Virus record (IMG/VR): IMGVR_UViG_2974709037_000001
Span: 6,184-70,183 of that record
Direction: 5' to 3' (one strand)
DNA: 64,000 nucleotides
Origin: a virus
Lineage: Duplodnaviria; Caudoviricetes
Shown here: piece after piece, positions 9,977-20,752 of the stretch
Numbering within the stretch: the stretch's first letter is position 1
Layout: each line of letters opens with the position of its first letter
Program-made: the position numbers and the translations under genes
The notes under the pieces: generated by a model
The model's input: the letters and a program-made list of their open reading frames with translations, nothing else
Told to the model about the DNA's origin: nothing
Databases searched by the model: none

Positions 9977-10864
9977 GTGACCGATTTTCTCAAGATCGAA
10001 TTGATTGGTCGGGACGGTTCACACTGGGTGTTGTCCGGACCGGGCATGGGTCAGCAGGGCGTAACCCTGAATCCCAACTTGCAGCAGTTTTATGACGCAC
10101 CGGTTAAGACGCTTTACGTTCCGGGACCGTTTGGTGAGGAATACGCGGGTAAGCGTGTTCAGCGCCGCGAGATTGTGTTCTCAGTTCAGGCGTACGACGA
10201 AGACCCGGACACATGGAGCACCGTCGATTCCCTTTGGCGTTGGGCCTGGGATTACGACGAGGAATCAGAGCTAAGGGTTACCACGAGTGACGGCACCCGC
10301 TTTCTAAAGGTGCGCCTCATGGAGGAACCCAAGCCGTATTACGAGAAAGACCCGCATATCACTGCGGACAACCCAATCGTAATGACGGTTACCGCGACGT
10401 TCCCATATTGGCAGGACGAACCGGAAGAACTTATTTGGACGACGCTTAGCACCGAGGACATGACGCGCTTTCCGGTGAGGAATGACGGCGATGTTCCGGT
10501 GTGGCTTAAGTGGACGCTCACCGCTCCGGGTCTGTGGATTCTGCCGGACTTCTCGTGGGCGAACGACATGTACTCGCGCGGGCGTGAGGACTTGGGCCGG
10601 ACGGTCGCAATGCCGGAGCTGGTGGCCGGTGAGCACGTCTCGGTCGATTCAGACCCGCGTGTTCAGACGCTTATCGCGGTCAACGGGATGCCGACGCAGA
10701 ACCGGTGGAAGGGCAATGACCTGCTCTATCCGCTGATGCCGGGTAAGGGCGCGGAAATCCCTGTGCAGCTTAAGAACGCGCCGGAGGGCGGGGCCTGCAA
10801 GCTGACGCGTCCGCGCTGGTATTCGCGTCCGTGGTCTCGGCCAGGGGTGCGTCTCAATGGCTAA
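9977..10864 (+). CDS. Minor tail protein (distal tail-like)
   Basis: First gene after tape measure; typical size. Confidence 0.75.
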   Translation: MTDFLKIELIGRDGSHWVLSGPGMGQQGVTLNPNLQQFYDAPVKTLYVPGPFGEEYAGKRVQRREIVFSVQAYDEDPDTWSTVDSLWRWAWDYDEESELRVTTSDGTRFLKVRLMEEPKPYYEKDPHITADNPIVMTVTATFPYWQDEPEELIWTTLSTEDMTRFPVRNDGDVPVWLKWTLTAPGLWILPDFSWANDMYSRGREDLGRTVAMPELVAGEHVSVDSDPRVQTLIAVNGMPTQNRWKGNDLLYPLMPGKGAEIPVQLKNAPEGGACKLTRPRWYSRPWSRPGVRLNG

Positions 10865-12620
10865 CAACTGGACCGACATTCTCGCAGCGTCGGATGGCGA
10901 TGAGTGGGCGGCGTTCAAGACGATTGAGGCGCAGGCTGACGAGGTTCGGGCGGGGCACCAGGCGCTAAGGCGCGCTAAGCCGCTAATCCGACTTTGGATG
11001 AACAACCCGGACGGCTCGGAAGGGCTGGTGTACGTCGGGCGCGTTGACTACGACGACACGATTCGTGGTTCATTTCCGTTTAAGAACAACACTCCGTCTC
11101 AGGGAGTGTTGGAACTGCGGGATGACAACTATCTGGCGATCTGGCTTAAGCAGCTACCTAACAATCCTGAGCTTAAGAAGAACGTCGTTATCACGGTCGA
11201 CTTCTACGGCGGTAAGAAGCGGTGGAGTGGACTGCTCGATAAGTGGACGATTAAGTCAAAGGAGCACGTTAAGTATCTAGAGGTCACCTTTAACGACGAC
11301 CTCACCATGTTGCAGTACCTTTTGTGTCCACCTAATCCTGCGTTACCAATTCCGGTCCTGCAATTTCCTCGCATTTTCGGAATTGCCGGTCCCGCAAAAT
11401 GGGCTATTTCTACCCTAATTTTTATCAACCTATTTCGAGTTCAGGGGAACTTGTGGACCCTGCCGGATGACCCATTTAACTTGGAGTCTTGGGACGACAT
11501 TTTGGATTGGTCGGATTGGCAGTGTTTCGTTAAGTCTGATTCGTTCCTGCTGGACGATTCTTCTGTTTGGACGTTCCTGTCCTCGCGGATGAATCCGGTG
11601 GACTCGATTATCGCTGACGCGCTGGATGATGCGCAGTTGACGATCACTTACCGGCGTGTGCTGACTGACGACGGTGAGACCGCAGAGGGATTCCCTGGCG
11701 CTCACGGCATCAAGAACGGCGCGCTTGTCTTTGAGATTGTCGATAACAGTAACGCTACGGCTCTTGAGGGCACGTTCTTCTCGGGCACGATTGTTGACGG
11801 TTTCGCGCGGTCGGTGCTGCTTTACGGCGGCGGGTTCGTCGAGGACACGCTAAGCGTCGTTAGCGACGACCAGACGTTGCAGCCTGACGAGTATTACCAG
11901 TCTGGGTGGCTGGCGACTATGGCGAAGATGCCGTGGCTCGTGGTCCGCGACAACGAATGGACGCCTATTGAGTCGTCCGATCTGTCGTGGGGACCGGCTA
12001 AGAACGTCAGCGTCATTGTGGGTGGCGATAACCCGGCTGCGGATGCAATTGCGAAGCTCATCATTGAGACGACCGGCAACCTGCTGGGGTATTTCCTGCT
12101 AGGTGGCTTTAGCTCTGCGGGAACGATTGCCGCAGACATCATTATGCCGTTCCTGGTCGGGACTATCGCGGCGTGGTTGCAGTGGAAGAACACGGGCCGG
12201 GCGACGGAGCTTGGTTGGGTTCATTACTGGGAGCTGTACCAGCAGGGCGCGGAAAGCAATAGCTGGTCGCTAGCTGCTTTGGCCGCTTTGCGTGGCGGGT
12301 TCCTTGTGGGCCGCAGCGAGACCGTTCACCTAATGGCGCTGCATGACTCGTGGATTATTCCGGGTCTGCATATCGACATTGGTCAGCGTATGGGTTCGAC
12401 GGTCAATTCTAAGGGCGTCGAGAACATCGTTTGGGTTAACCAGCTAGAGGAAATGACCGCAGCCTGGGATAACACGGCGGGCCAGACCATGCCACTTTCT
12501 TGGGTGCTTAAGGCCGGTAAGTCGGAACGTGCCATGTCTATTGGTGAACGTATCGCGCGCTTGGCAAAGAAGATGAGCGAAGCCCTGAACAACGTGGGTG
12601 TCCACATTGTTCAGAGTTAA
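10857..12620 (+). CDS. Minor tail protein (baseplate hub-like)
   Basis: KPLIRLW...RWSGLLDKW...PNPALPIPVLQFPR, typical mycobacteriophage minor tail. Confidence 0.8.
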   Translation: MANNWTDILAASDGDEWAAFKTIEAQADEVRAGHQALRRAKPLIRLWMNNPDGSEGLVYVGRVDYDDTIRGSFPFKNNTPSQGVLELRDDNYLAIWLKQLPNNPELKKNVVITVDFYGGKKRWSGLLDKWTIKSKEHVKYLEVTFNDDLTMLQYLLCPPNPALPIPVLQFPRIFGIAGPAKWAISTLIFINLFRVQGNLWTLPDDPFNLESWDDILDWSDWQCFVKSDSFLLDDSSVWTFLSSRMNPVDSIIADALDDAQLTITYRRVLTDDGETAEGFPGAHGIKNGALVFEIVDNSNATALEGTFFSGTIVDGFARSVLLYGGGFVEDTLSVVSDDQTLQPDEYYQSGWLATMAKMPWLVVRDNEWTPIESSDLSWGPAKNVSVIVGGDNPAADAIAKLIIETTGNLLGYFLLGGFSSAGTIAADIIMPFLVGTIAAWLQWKNTGRATELGWVHYWELYQQGAESNSWSLAALAALRGGFLVGRSETVHLMALHDSWIIPGLHIDIGQRMGSTVNSKGVENIVWVNQLEEMTAAWDNTAGQTMPLSWVLKAGKSERAMSIGERIARLAKKMSEALNNVGVHIVQS

Positions 12621-12644
12621 GAAGTTTAGGGGGGTTTAGCCGAT

Positions 12645-13097
12645 ATGGCTAAAACGCAAGCAGAGTCCAATCTGGACGATCCAAAGGAAATGTTCGCGTG
12701 GATGTTCGCGGCGGGTGTTCCTGATCCTAGGAGCAACGAAAAGGTCCAGTATCCGAATCAGCCGCTAATCCCGCCACAGTGCTATCCGGCGCTTAGCGAA
12801 ATGCTCTACAAGATGGGTGCGCGTTTCGACCCGGATAAGCAAGAGCTGTGGGTGCAGGGCGCTACGGGCATTGAGCGCAACTTTGTTGTTGCGACGACGA
12901 CGGACATTAAGCCGGAGGATATCGCGCCTGATGTGGCGGCGATGGTCGCTGATCAATTCCCGGAGGTTGCGGCTCAGGTGGGGGCGGTTACTCCGGCCAC
13001 TCACCAGGAAGCGCTACAGGCTCAGGCCGACAAGCTCTTGGACAACCTTGCCCGCCTTAAGGCTGCGCGTGCGCAGATGGACGGGGGTAAGGGCTAG
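12645..13097 (+). CDS. Minor tail protein (DUF2744-like)
   Basis: DDPKEMFAWMF...LSEMLYKMGARFDP pattern. Confidence 0.6.
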   Translation: MAKTQAESNLDDPKEMFAWMFAAGVPDPRSNEKVQYPNQPLIPPQCYPALSEMLYKMGARFDPDKQELWVQGATGIERNFVVATTTDIKPEDIAPDVAAMVADQFPEVAAQVGAVTPATHQEALQAQADKLLDNLARLKAARAQMDGGKG

Positions 13098-15638
13098 ATG
13101 ACGATGCCGAATGGCTCCGGGGGGTTGGACCCCGGAGCTTGGCTCGCGCACTGGGTTAACCAGGCTGACCTTTCGGCGTTGGCTCATCGCACCGAGGCCG
13201 AGGTCCGCGCGTATTTCGAGAACCTAGTGCAATCGGATACGGGCTGGGGTGACGCGTCCAACACGTTCTTTAACGTGATCCTGGGCGGCTTTGAGAACCT
13301 TAGCCAGTTCGTGACCCTGATCGTTCAGGCGATTACCGGCGCTCCTGGCGGGCTTACCGAATTGCAGGCGTTCTTAACTGAGCGTTGGGGCGATCTAGCC
13401 GACGCGTTTCAGGCTATCGCTGATCTTATTGACGCTATCGCGGGTGAGGTCGGCTCGTCGCTAGCGGATGCCGTTGCCAAGTTGGCGACGTTCCTTACGG
13501 AGCTGTCTCCGCTTGACGCAAGCAAGCTGTTTGGCTTGATCGGCACGAACCACCTACCGCTGCTATCGGTCGCGCATATTGCGAATATCAACCCTGAGCT
13601 GCTGGTAAACGCGGGGTTTGACTCCGATGTATCGGTCGTTGATAACCCGTATTGGGATTGGGACGGCGCAGTGGGCCGGTCAACTCCGCTCGGGTCGGTC
13701 AAAGTTGTTGCGGACGGCACAATTAAGGACTTGCTGTCGGGGCCTGACGGCGTTCCAGTCGTCGAGGGGCAGAAGCTTAATGTCTCGGCGTGGTTCAAGT
13801 ACGCAGGTCTGGTTGCGGACGCGGGCTCTGGCTCGGTTCGCTTGTCGGGCACTGCGTACTCAGCGGATGGCGAGGTTGTGGCCTACCCGGACTTTGGGGG
13901 CATCGCGGACGGCACGTCGGGCAGCGCCGATTGGGCGCAGATCACCGGCCAGTATGTGGTGCCAGCAGGTGTCGCACAGTTCCGGTTACGGCTGTCTGTG
14001 CGGGACAACGCGACCGGCGGAACGGTCTGGTTTGACGACTGTTCGGTTAAGAAGGCCGGTCTGTTGCCACAGGTGTTGGTGGATGGTCTTACGCAGGCGC
14101 TTGGCGCGCTAGGCGAGTTTATCCAGCAGGTTATCGACGCCATTTTGGAAGCGCTCACAGGCATTCCCGTTGTTGGTGGGCTGATTGCCGACGTAATCAG
14201 CGAGCTTTCCGACCTGCTCCTGACATCGCAGGACGCGGCGGCGCAGGCTAGCGATGCGTTGGGCAATCTCGCAGACCTGGCCGACGACCTGCTGAATAAC
14301 ACTGGCGCTGTAGTTGGAAACATTGGTCAGACGGTTGTTGACACGGTAGGTAACACGGTTAACGATTTCCTCGACCTGCTTTGGGGGGGCCTAAAGAAGA
14401 CTCCCGGTACGGGTAAGACAGTCGATGATGTGAAGGCCGCTGCTGAGTCGGTAGCAACCGGTGTTGACGCAGCGCAGAACTCGACAATCTACCTAACGTC
14501 GCTGCTTACGCTGCCGCGTTATACGCAACGTTGGCTGTCTTCCGGGCCGCAGGACGATGCCTCCTACCCGGTGGTGATGATCAACGGGACGATAACTCCG
14601 GCTTTGGGTGAGTTGGTGCTCATTCCCGTCACGGCAGAAACTACCCGGACTTACAAATCTGTTAAGTTCGGCATGGCTGGCTCAACTATGACGAGTTTGT
14701 ATGTCGGCGTCTATGCGTATGTTTCAGGTGATCTGACGCTAGTGGCGGACCTAGGCAACGTGAAGTCTCAGCTTCTCGGGACTAAGTTGCAGGCTTTCAA
14801 TATGGCAACGGAATTGTCTGTGTCGCGTGGGCAAACGCTTTACATTGGTGTGCTGCAAGTGGGTGGTACGGCAGTGGGGATGCACTCTGCGCCTCCGGGT
14901 AGTGGCGGCATGGTGGAACCCGCGCAGGAAATTCCGAACTGGGTGTGCTCGAAGTATGGCAGTGGCCTTACTGTGTTGCCGGGCACGTTCGCGGCAACCG
15001 CAGCGACGGAGCAGAACGCTCCGGCTTGGGGCGCTCTTGGCGCTGAGGCGGGTGAGCCGCCTCCGATCATTCCGGCGTTCTACTCGGACAACTTCAACAG
15101 GTCAGATGGAACTCTAACGAGCCCTTGGACGTGGGTATCTGGTGAGGCTCCGGTCAACAACACGTTGGCAATCGTCGGTGGGCGTTGCACGTTGGCTACC
15201 TATGGCAGTTCCGCGAATGCTTTCCATACGTACGACTTGCCGTTCTCTACGACGAACCAAAGGGTTGCTGTCGACTACCAAGAGGGCTACAGCACCGCGA
15301 CTATGTACCTTCGCCGGAAGGCTGGGGTTAAGACGATGTACGTGGATTTCTATAGGAACCTTTTTGGCGGCAAGGTATTTGTGACGATCGGTCGCAACGT
15401 TGGCGGCACGAAGTGGCCTATGGCTGACAATTCGTTCTCGATTTCGTTGCCGTTTAGGATTGAGTTTAGTGCTGTCGGAAACGTCTACCGTGCGGCAATC
15501 GGGTCAAACGTTGTCGAATACACAGATACCGGCGGGGTTTTTACCTACGACGAGACTTACAACACAACGGGCCTTTATATGTCTGCCAGTAGTGGTCAGT
15601 CTTATTTCGATAACTGGGAGGCGGCAGACGTTGTTTAA
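13098..15638 (+). CDS. Minor tail protein / receptor-binding protein with carbohydrate-binding-like domain
   Basis: ELLVNAGFD...VWFDDCSVKK CBM-like domain; second domain YSDNFNR...YFDNWEA. Confidence 0.75.
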   Translation: MTMPNGSGGLDPGAWLAHWVNQADLSALAHRTEAEVRAYFENLVQSDTGWGDASNTFFNVILGGFENLSQFVTLIVQAITGAPGGLTELQAFLTERWGDLADAFQAIADLIDAIAGEVGSSLADAVAKLATFLTELSPLDASKLFGLIGTNHLPLLSVAHIANINPELLVNAGFDSDVSVVDNPYWDWDGAVGRSTPLGSVKVVADGTIKDLLSGPDGVPVVEGQKLNVSAWFKYAGLVADAGSGSVRLSGTAYSADGEVVAYPDFGGIADGTSGSADWAQITGQYVVPAGVAQFRLRLSVRDNATGGTVWFDDCSVKKAGLLPQVLVDGLTQALGALGEFIQQVIDAILEALTGIPVVGGLIADVISELSDLLLTSQDAAAQASDALGNLADLADDLLNNTGAVVGNIGQTVVDTVGNTVNDFLDLLWGGLKKTPGTGKTVDDVKAAAESVATGVDAAQNSTIYLTSLLTLPRYTQRWLSSGPQDDASYPVVMINGTITPALGELVLIPVTAETTRTYKSVKFGMAGSTMTSLYVGVYAYVSGDLTLVADLGNVKSQLLGTKLQAFNMATELSVSRGQTLYIGVLQVGGTAVGMHSAPPGSGGMVEPAQEIPNWVCSKYGSGLTVLPGTFAATAATEQNAPAWGALGAEAGEPPPIIPAFYSDNFNRSDGTLTSPWTWVSGEAPVNNTLAIVGGRCTLATYGSSANAFHTYDLPFSTTNQRVAVDYQEGYSTATMYLRRKAGVKTMYVDFYRNLFGGKVFVTIGRNVGGTKWPMADNSFSISLPFRIEFSAVGNVYRAAIGSNVVEYTDTGGVFTYDETYNTTGLYMSASSGQSYFDNWEAADVV

Positions 15639-15658
15639 TACGGGCAACAGGGGGTGTT

Positions 15659-15940
15659 ATGCCTGAGTTTACGCAAACCGTCACGGTTAAAGTGTGGCGG
15701 ATTGGCACGTTCGAGGATGGTTTTGGTGACTGGCCTGACCTGGTGAAGTGGTGCAGTGAAACCGAGGGGATGACCTGCACTATGGCGGCTAAGGTCATTA
15801 ACGGTCCGGTGCATGTCCAGGTGGAAGGTGCTACTTACCCGACCGTATACCCGCCACTGGGTAGCTATTTGGCATTTAACGGGTTCGGGTTTGAGGTTCT
15901 GACGGAAGACGAGTTCGCTAGTAAGTACGGGGCGGCGTGA
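15659..15940 (+). CDS. Small tail-region protein
   Basis: ORF with RBS in the tail operon. Confidence 0.55.
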   Translation: MPEFTQTVTVKVWRIGTFEDGFGDWPDLVKWCSETEGMTCTMAAKVINGPVHVQVEGATYPTVYPPLGSYLAFNGFGFEVLTEDEFASKYGAA

Positions 15941-17022
15941 GCTGGGCGGTGACCCCGCCCACGCTCATTACTCCCCCCGCTAAGGGATGGCTTACCGATC
16001 CCGTTGACACTCCGGCCAGCCCGGCTGCTGGCTGGTGGATTCAGTACAACGCTCTAGCTGCGGCGATCATTACGATTATCGGCACTGCGGAGGCCACTGC
16101 CGTTGCTCAGGCTGTTGCCACGCTCGGAATTACGGGCACTGGTGACACTGAGCAGTTCCATTTTGTTGAGGCTAACGCGCTTATCAACCTGGTGGCGTCC
16201 GCGTCTACGGTCGCGGTCGTTAACGGTGTGCCGGGCCTGGTTGGGCTTTCGACCAGCGGTAGCGCGGTGCCGTCGTTGGCGGCGAATATCTCGTTCGCGT
16301 TGTCGACGGCAGCGGCCCAAGCGGTTGCTGCTGTCGGCGCTAACGCGGCGCTAACAGTTAACCCAAGCGGTACGGCGCTGGCGATTGCTGATGCGGTTGC
16401 CACGCTGAACGTGCTTGCGTCCGGGGTGGCGGCGTTCCCGCCAAACGGGCCTACGTCTACGACGTATTCGGCTGTTGGCGCGTTTGCCTACCCGATTCCG
16501 TGGTGGTCCCGGTATATCGACGAGGTTTTGGTTAGCGCTGGCGGCGGTGGCTCTGGTGGTGGCGCTGCGATTGTGGGCGCTGGCGGGCAGGGCGGCGAAT
16601 GGCGTTGGCGGACTCTTGAGCGCGGCGTGGACATTCCGTGGACTCAGACGGTCATTAACGGGTCTGTGGGCACTGGTGGCGCGCGTGGAGCTGGTGGACC
16701 CTCTCCCGGTAACGGGTCGGCAGGCGGCAACACGGTAGGCACTCAGACGGCTCCTGGCGGGTCCGGTGGTGGCGGCTGGGGTGCTGGTGGGCAGACGGGT
16801 GGCGCGGTACGTGGCGGCAACGCCAGCGGTGGCCGCGACGTAACACTGAACGGTCAAACGTATGTCGGTGGTGACCAGGCCACGAACGGGCAGACCACGA
16901 CGGCGGGTGTGAACGGTAATCCGCCGGGCGGCGGCGCTCAGGGTGGCGGCTCGATCTTCTTTATCGGCCAGAACGGCGGCATTGGCGCTAACGGTCAGGC
17001 TTGGTATCGGGCTTATCAATAA
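15937..17022 (+). CDS. Glycine-rich minor tail protein
   Basis: Gly-rich C-terminus ending GANGQAWYRAYQ. Confidence 0.75.
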   Translation: MSWAVTPPTLITPPAKGWLTDPVDTPASPAAGWWIQYNALAAAIITIIGTAEATAVAQAVATLGITGTGDTEQFHFVEANALINLVASASTVAVVNGVPGLVGLSTSGSAVPSLAANISFALSTAAAQAVAAVGANAALTVNPSGTALAIADAVATLNVLASGVAAFPPNGPTSTTYSAVGAFAYPIPWWSRYIDEVLVSAGGGGSGGGAAIVGAGGQGGEWRWRTLERGVDIPWTQTVINGSVGTGGARGAGGPSPGNGSAGGNTVGTQTAPGGSGGGGWGAGGQTGGAVRGGNASGGRDVTLNGQTYVGGDQATNGQTTTAGVNGNPPGGGAQGGGSIFFIGQNGGIGANGQAWYRAYQ

Positions 17023-17042
17023 TCGAATAAGGAAAACTGAAT

Positions 17043-17384
17043 ATGGCTTTTACTACAGGCGCTAAGAACGACGCCGTTAACGCCACGGTCACGGGCTATA
17101 CGTGGATCAGTCTGCATACGGGCGACCCTGGCACGACTGGTGCTAGCGAGGCTAGCGGCGGCTCTTATGCGCGAAAGCAAACGACCTGGCCTACGTCCAC
17201 GGCGGGTGTATCGCTTGGGTCCAAGGTGTCGTTTACCAACCTTATCGCTGCTGGATACACGCATTATGGCGTGTGGTCGGCTGCTAGCGGTGGCACGTTC
17301 CGGTTTGGCAATCCGCTTTCGCCCGGTGTGACTCTTAACGGTCCTGGCGGTATTGACGTGACTCCGAAGTGTGAGTTCCCGTAA
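17043..17384 (+). CDS. Minor tail protein
   Basis: WISLHTGDPGTTGASEASGGSYARK motif. Confidence 0.7.
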   Translation: MAFTTGAKNDAVNATVTGYTWISLHTGDPGTTGASEASGGSYARKQTTWPTSTAGVSLGSKVSFTNLIAAGYTHYGVWSAASGGTFRFGNPLSPGVTLNGPGGIDVTPKCEFP

Positions 17385-18319
17385 TGCTGAGCGTCGGACC
17401 AATTATGGAGACGCTGACGCTAACGGCGGGCAGCGCATTTGAGATTCCGGGGTGGAAGCTTCGGGGGGATTACCCGGAAGGCACTACTTCACACCTGGTT
17501 TTCACAGACGCAGCGGGTGGAACGCTCGGAGAGTTTGAGGGCTCTGTTAGCGCTAAGGAAATTCACTACCTGCAAGCTCCGGAAGACGTTAAGGACATTC
17601 CGCACGGGGCGAACTTTCAACTGTTCGTGACGTATCCGATGATGCAGCCTCAGTGCTTGTATTTCGGAACAGCGATTCGTAAGGAACCTAGGTATCCGCT
17701 TAGCACGGTGGTTAGTCCTGAGGACTCGGCTGTGCAGTACAAGGCGAACTTCATTGGCGAGTACATCGGGCCTATGTGGAAGCCGATGGGTAACGGCTGG
17801 GGTTCGCTTGGTATTCACACGCACGCGCTGATTTCAGAAGACCCGTCGATGGGGCCGAACTACTCGCTGTTCTCATCTGCGGCTGCTCGGTGGCTGTGGT
17901 CAATGAATATGGACTCGGTAACCATTGTGGTCCGGGTGCTTAACGTCGGCGCAGGCAAGTTCAATGTGGTCGTTTGCGCGGACTATCAGATGCAAACCTA
18001 TCTCGGCATTCAGTTCGAGACAGGCATTAGCAACAACAAGGTTCATGTTATTACCGGGGATGGCCCGTTGGCTTGGGATTACCAAGGTGACGCGGTGAAC
18101 AACACCACGGCTAACGGTGACGTTTACACGATCAGGTACAACGATCTGCTCGACACGATTTCGTGTTACAAGGGCACGTCGTTGACGCCGCTCATTGAGG
18201 CTTCGGGGCTGGATGTTCCGCATGGTGAGGGCTTCCGTTATACGGGCTTGTCGTGGAATACGGCGCTGCTTTCTCCGGGGGTTGAACCTACGGCATGGGA
18301 AGCTAAGGACGGTGTTTAG
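17384..18319 (+). CDS. Minor tail protein
   Basis: Translationally coupled; position in tail operon. Confidence 0.6.
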   Translation: MLSVGPIMETLTLTAGSAFEIPGWKLRGDYPEGTTSHLVFTDAAGGTLGEFEGSVSAKEIHYLQAPEDVKDIPHGANFQLFVTYPMMQPQCLYFGTAIRKEPRYPLSTVVSPEDSAVQYKANFIGEYIGPMWKPMGNGWGSLGIHTHALISEDPSMGPNYSLFSSAAARWLWSMNMDSVTIVVRVLNVGAGKFNVVVCADYQMQTYLGIQFETGISNNKVHVITGDGPLAWDYQGDAVNNTTANGDVYTIRYNDLLDTISCYKGTSLTPLIEASGLDVPHGEGFRYTGLSWNTALLSPGVEPTAWEAKDGV

Positions 18320-18555
18320 TGGGATTCATTGAGTCTCTAATTGAGAAGATCGCGGTTGAGGTTGCTAAGCAAGTAGCCGCGAAGTTGGCGGATGAGCTTG
18401 GCGACCTGGCCGGGGATATCTCTAAGAAGGTTGTCGATGAGGTCGGTGACGTGGCGAGCGATATTTCCAAGTCGGTCATTTCGGAAGTTTCCGAGTCAGT
18501 GCAGGGTATTGCGGGGCAACTAATTAAGGCCGTCACCGGCGGCTTTTTTAAGTAG
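18319..18555 (+). CDS. Hypothetical protein
   Basis: Coupled ORF before lysA. Confidence 0.55.
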   Translation: MGFIESLIEKIAVEVAKQVAAKLADELGDLAGDISKKVVDEVGDVASDISKSVISEVSESVQGIAGQLIKAVTGGFFK

Positions 18556-18560
18556 GTCGC

Positions 18561-19730
18561 ATGGCTCTATTGGGACAACTGACGGTTAATTCCAGTCCCG
18601 ATGAAGTTGCGGAAGCGATTATCAAGGAAACGATTGAGCGCGGGTATACGCGTGATGAGTCGATTGCTTGCGATTCGACGCTAAGGCAGGAATCCGGGCT
18701 GCGAATGGTCTGGGACTCAAGTAAGCGTTGGTTCGGTTATGCGCAGCAGGACGCTGGCTACAAGGACCGGATGGACCCTAACGGGAATCTCCGGGGGTTC
18801 TTGGATCGGTTAGACGTTAAGCGTAAGAGCGCCGGGGCTTCGTCGGACATTTGGAAGAACATTTTTTGGCTACAGCAGAGGCCGGGGGAGCCGACCGCCG
18901 ACCTTGCCTATGCGAATGGGCGCAAGGCGTATTTGACCGAGATTAAGCAACATGTCGCGGCGGCGTCTGCTGATTATGAGAAGTATTCGGGGGGTGTTGT
19001 TGTGCCGGATAATCGGCCCGACTTTAACGAGTATCAGATTTGGAGTGCGAACTATTCATCGCGCGGTGGGGTTAAGCCGACGATGTTCCTGCTTCATACG
19101 CAGGAGGGTGATGGTAACGCGGACTCGCTAGCGAAGTATTTCACTCCGGCTAGCCAGGTTAGTTACCACTACACGATTTCTAAGGGCGCTAACGACGATG
19201 GGGTGACGGTCGTCGACTGTGTTGACACCGATTACACGTCGTGGTCGGTCGGTAACGCTAACTCAATTTCGATCAACCTGTGCTTTGCAGGGTCACGTGC
19301 GAGCTGGTCTCGTGAGCAGTGGCTAGCTAAGGCTGGCCGGGCTATTGACGTGGCCGGGTACCTGGCGGTGCAGGATGCGCAGAAGTACGGCTTCTCGACG
19401 CTGGTGGTTCCGCCTCCGTACTCGAACGGCAAGCCGGGCATTAGTGACCACAGGTGGGTCACTGACGTGTTCGGGTGGGGCACCCATACCGATGTAGGCG
19501 CGAACTTCCCTTGGGACGTTCTAGCTGCTTCTGTGGCGAAGTACAGCGGTGCCACGACGACGCCTACGACTCCGGAGTTCACGTACCCGTCTACGGACGT
19601 GATGATCCGCGAGATTTGGGAGCAGCTGCGCGGTCCGAAGGGCAAGGGTTGGCCTCAGCTCGGGCAGAACGGCAAGGGCGAAAACCTGTCGCTGGTCGAC
19701 GCTATCGCGGAGCTTAAGGCGGCGGCGTAG
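18561..19730 (+). CDS. lysA: Lysin A (N-acetylmuramoyl-L-alanine amidase domain)
   Basis: LHTQEG...SYHY...NSISINLCFAG...HTDVGANFPWD; C-terminal EIWEQLRGP..GWPQLG. Confidence 0.92.
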   Translation: MALLGQLTVNSSPDEVAEAIIKETIERGYTRDESIACDSTLRQESGLRMVWDSSKRWFGYAQQDAGYKDRMDPNGNLRGFLDRLDVKRKSAGASSDIWKNIFWLQQRPGEPTADLAYANGRKAYLTEIKQHVAAASADYEKYSGGVVVPDNRPDFNEYQIWSANYSSRGGVKPTMFLLHTQEGDGNADSLAKYFTPASQVSYHYTISKGANDDGVTVVDCVDTDYTSWSVGNANSISINLCFAGSRASWSREQWLAKAGRAIDVAGYLAVQDAQKYGFSTLVVPPPYSNGKPGISDHRWVTDVFGWGTHTDVGANFPWDVLAASVAKYSGATTTPTTPEFTYPSTDVMIREIWEQLRGPKGKGWPQLGQNGKGENLSLVDAIAELKAAA

Positions 19731-20752
19731 TGGCTGCCGGTCCGGACGGCAAGTGGATTGGCTATGGACTGGGGGACTCCGGCGTCCCAGTCCTTAACGC
19801 CATCCAGAAGCTAAAGGCGAAGTTCTCTTACGCTAAGCAGCTCCGTGAAACGACGCTCTACACGGACGAGCTGTTGCCGGTGCTTGTGGAGTATCAGCTC
19901 CGGAAGAACATTGAGTTCTGGGCTGCCGGTAAGAAGCTGCTGCGGACGGACGGCATTCTCGACTACGCCACGCAGGCGGCGCTTGGGGTGGTGGCTCCGG
20001 CTCCGTTGGTTAAGCCGCTGCTGTTCACGGTGCATGGCACGGGGCAGCCGGTGCCGGACGGGCCGGGCCTGCCTGCCGATACCGCGCGGGCGGTGCTCGA
20101 CAAGTGGGACTGGCAGCCAATCGGTAACTACCCGGCTAGCCCATTCCCAATGTGGCCGTCGATTCAGGACGGGGTTGAGGAACTTAGGGTTCAGATTCGT
20201 AAGGCTCTGGCCGCTAATCCGAATCGTAAGCTCGGTCTGGCCGGTTACTCGCAGGGTGCCATCGTGGTCTGCCTGGTGTTCAAGTTCGACTTCCAAGCGG
20301 AGGACGGCGAGTTCCACCAGGAGTATAAGAACGGGCAGCTTATCGCTGGTGTCACGTGGGGCAACCCGATGCGTGAGCGCGGCGTTCAGCACGCGGATAA
20401 CTGGAAAGAGATTGCGCCCGCTGATACGTGCGGAATCCTTGACGAACTTATGGTTGATACCCCGTCGTTCTGGCGTGAGTATGCCCATAAGAAGGACATG
20501 TACGCGGCGTGCGAGCTTGACCAGAACGGCGACAATAAGCGCGCTATCTGCAAGATCGTTATGTGGCATGACGTGTTTAAGGGCCAGAACAGCATTATTG
20601 CGCAGATCGCGGAGCTTCTACAGAAGCCGGTCCTGTACGTGATTCCGTTGTTCCAGTCGCTTATCGACGCGGGCATGTTCTTCGCGGCTGGGCTTAATTC
20701 GCCGCACGCTTACGCGATTGGCCCGGCTATTGATTATCTAAGGAGTTTCTAG
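19730..20752 (+). CDS. lysB: Lysin B (cutinase-like esterase)
   Basis: FTVHGTG, GYSQGA nucleophile motif, WGNPMR. Confidence 0.92.
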   Translation: MAAGPDGKWIGYGLGDSGVPVLNAIQKLKAKFSYAKQLRETTLYTDELLPVLVEYQLRKNIEFWAAGKKLLRTDGILDYATQAALGVVAPAPLVKPLLFTVHGTGQPVPDGPGLPADTARAVLDKWDWQPIGNYPASPFPMWPSIQDGVEELRVQIRKALAANPNRKLGLAGYSQGAIVVCLVFKFDFQAEDGEFHQEYKNGQLIAGVTWGNPMRERGVQHADNWKEIAPADTCGILDELMVDTPSFWREYAHKKDMYAACELDQNGDNKRAICKIVMWHDVFKGQNSIIAQIAELLQKPVLYVIPLFQSLIDAGMFFAAGLNSPHAYAIGPAIDYLRSF

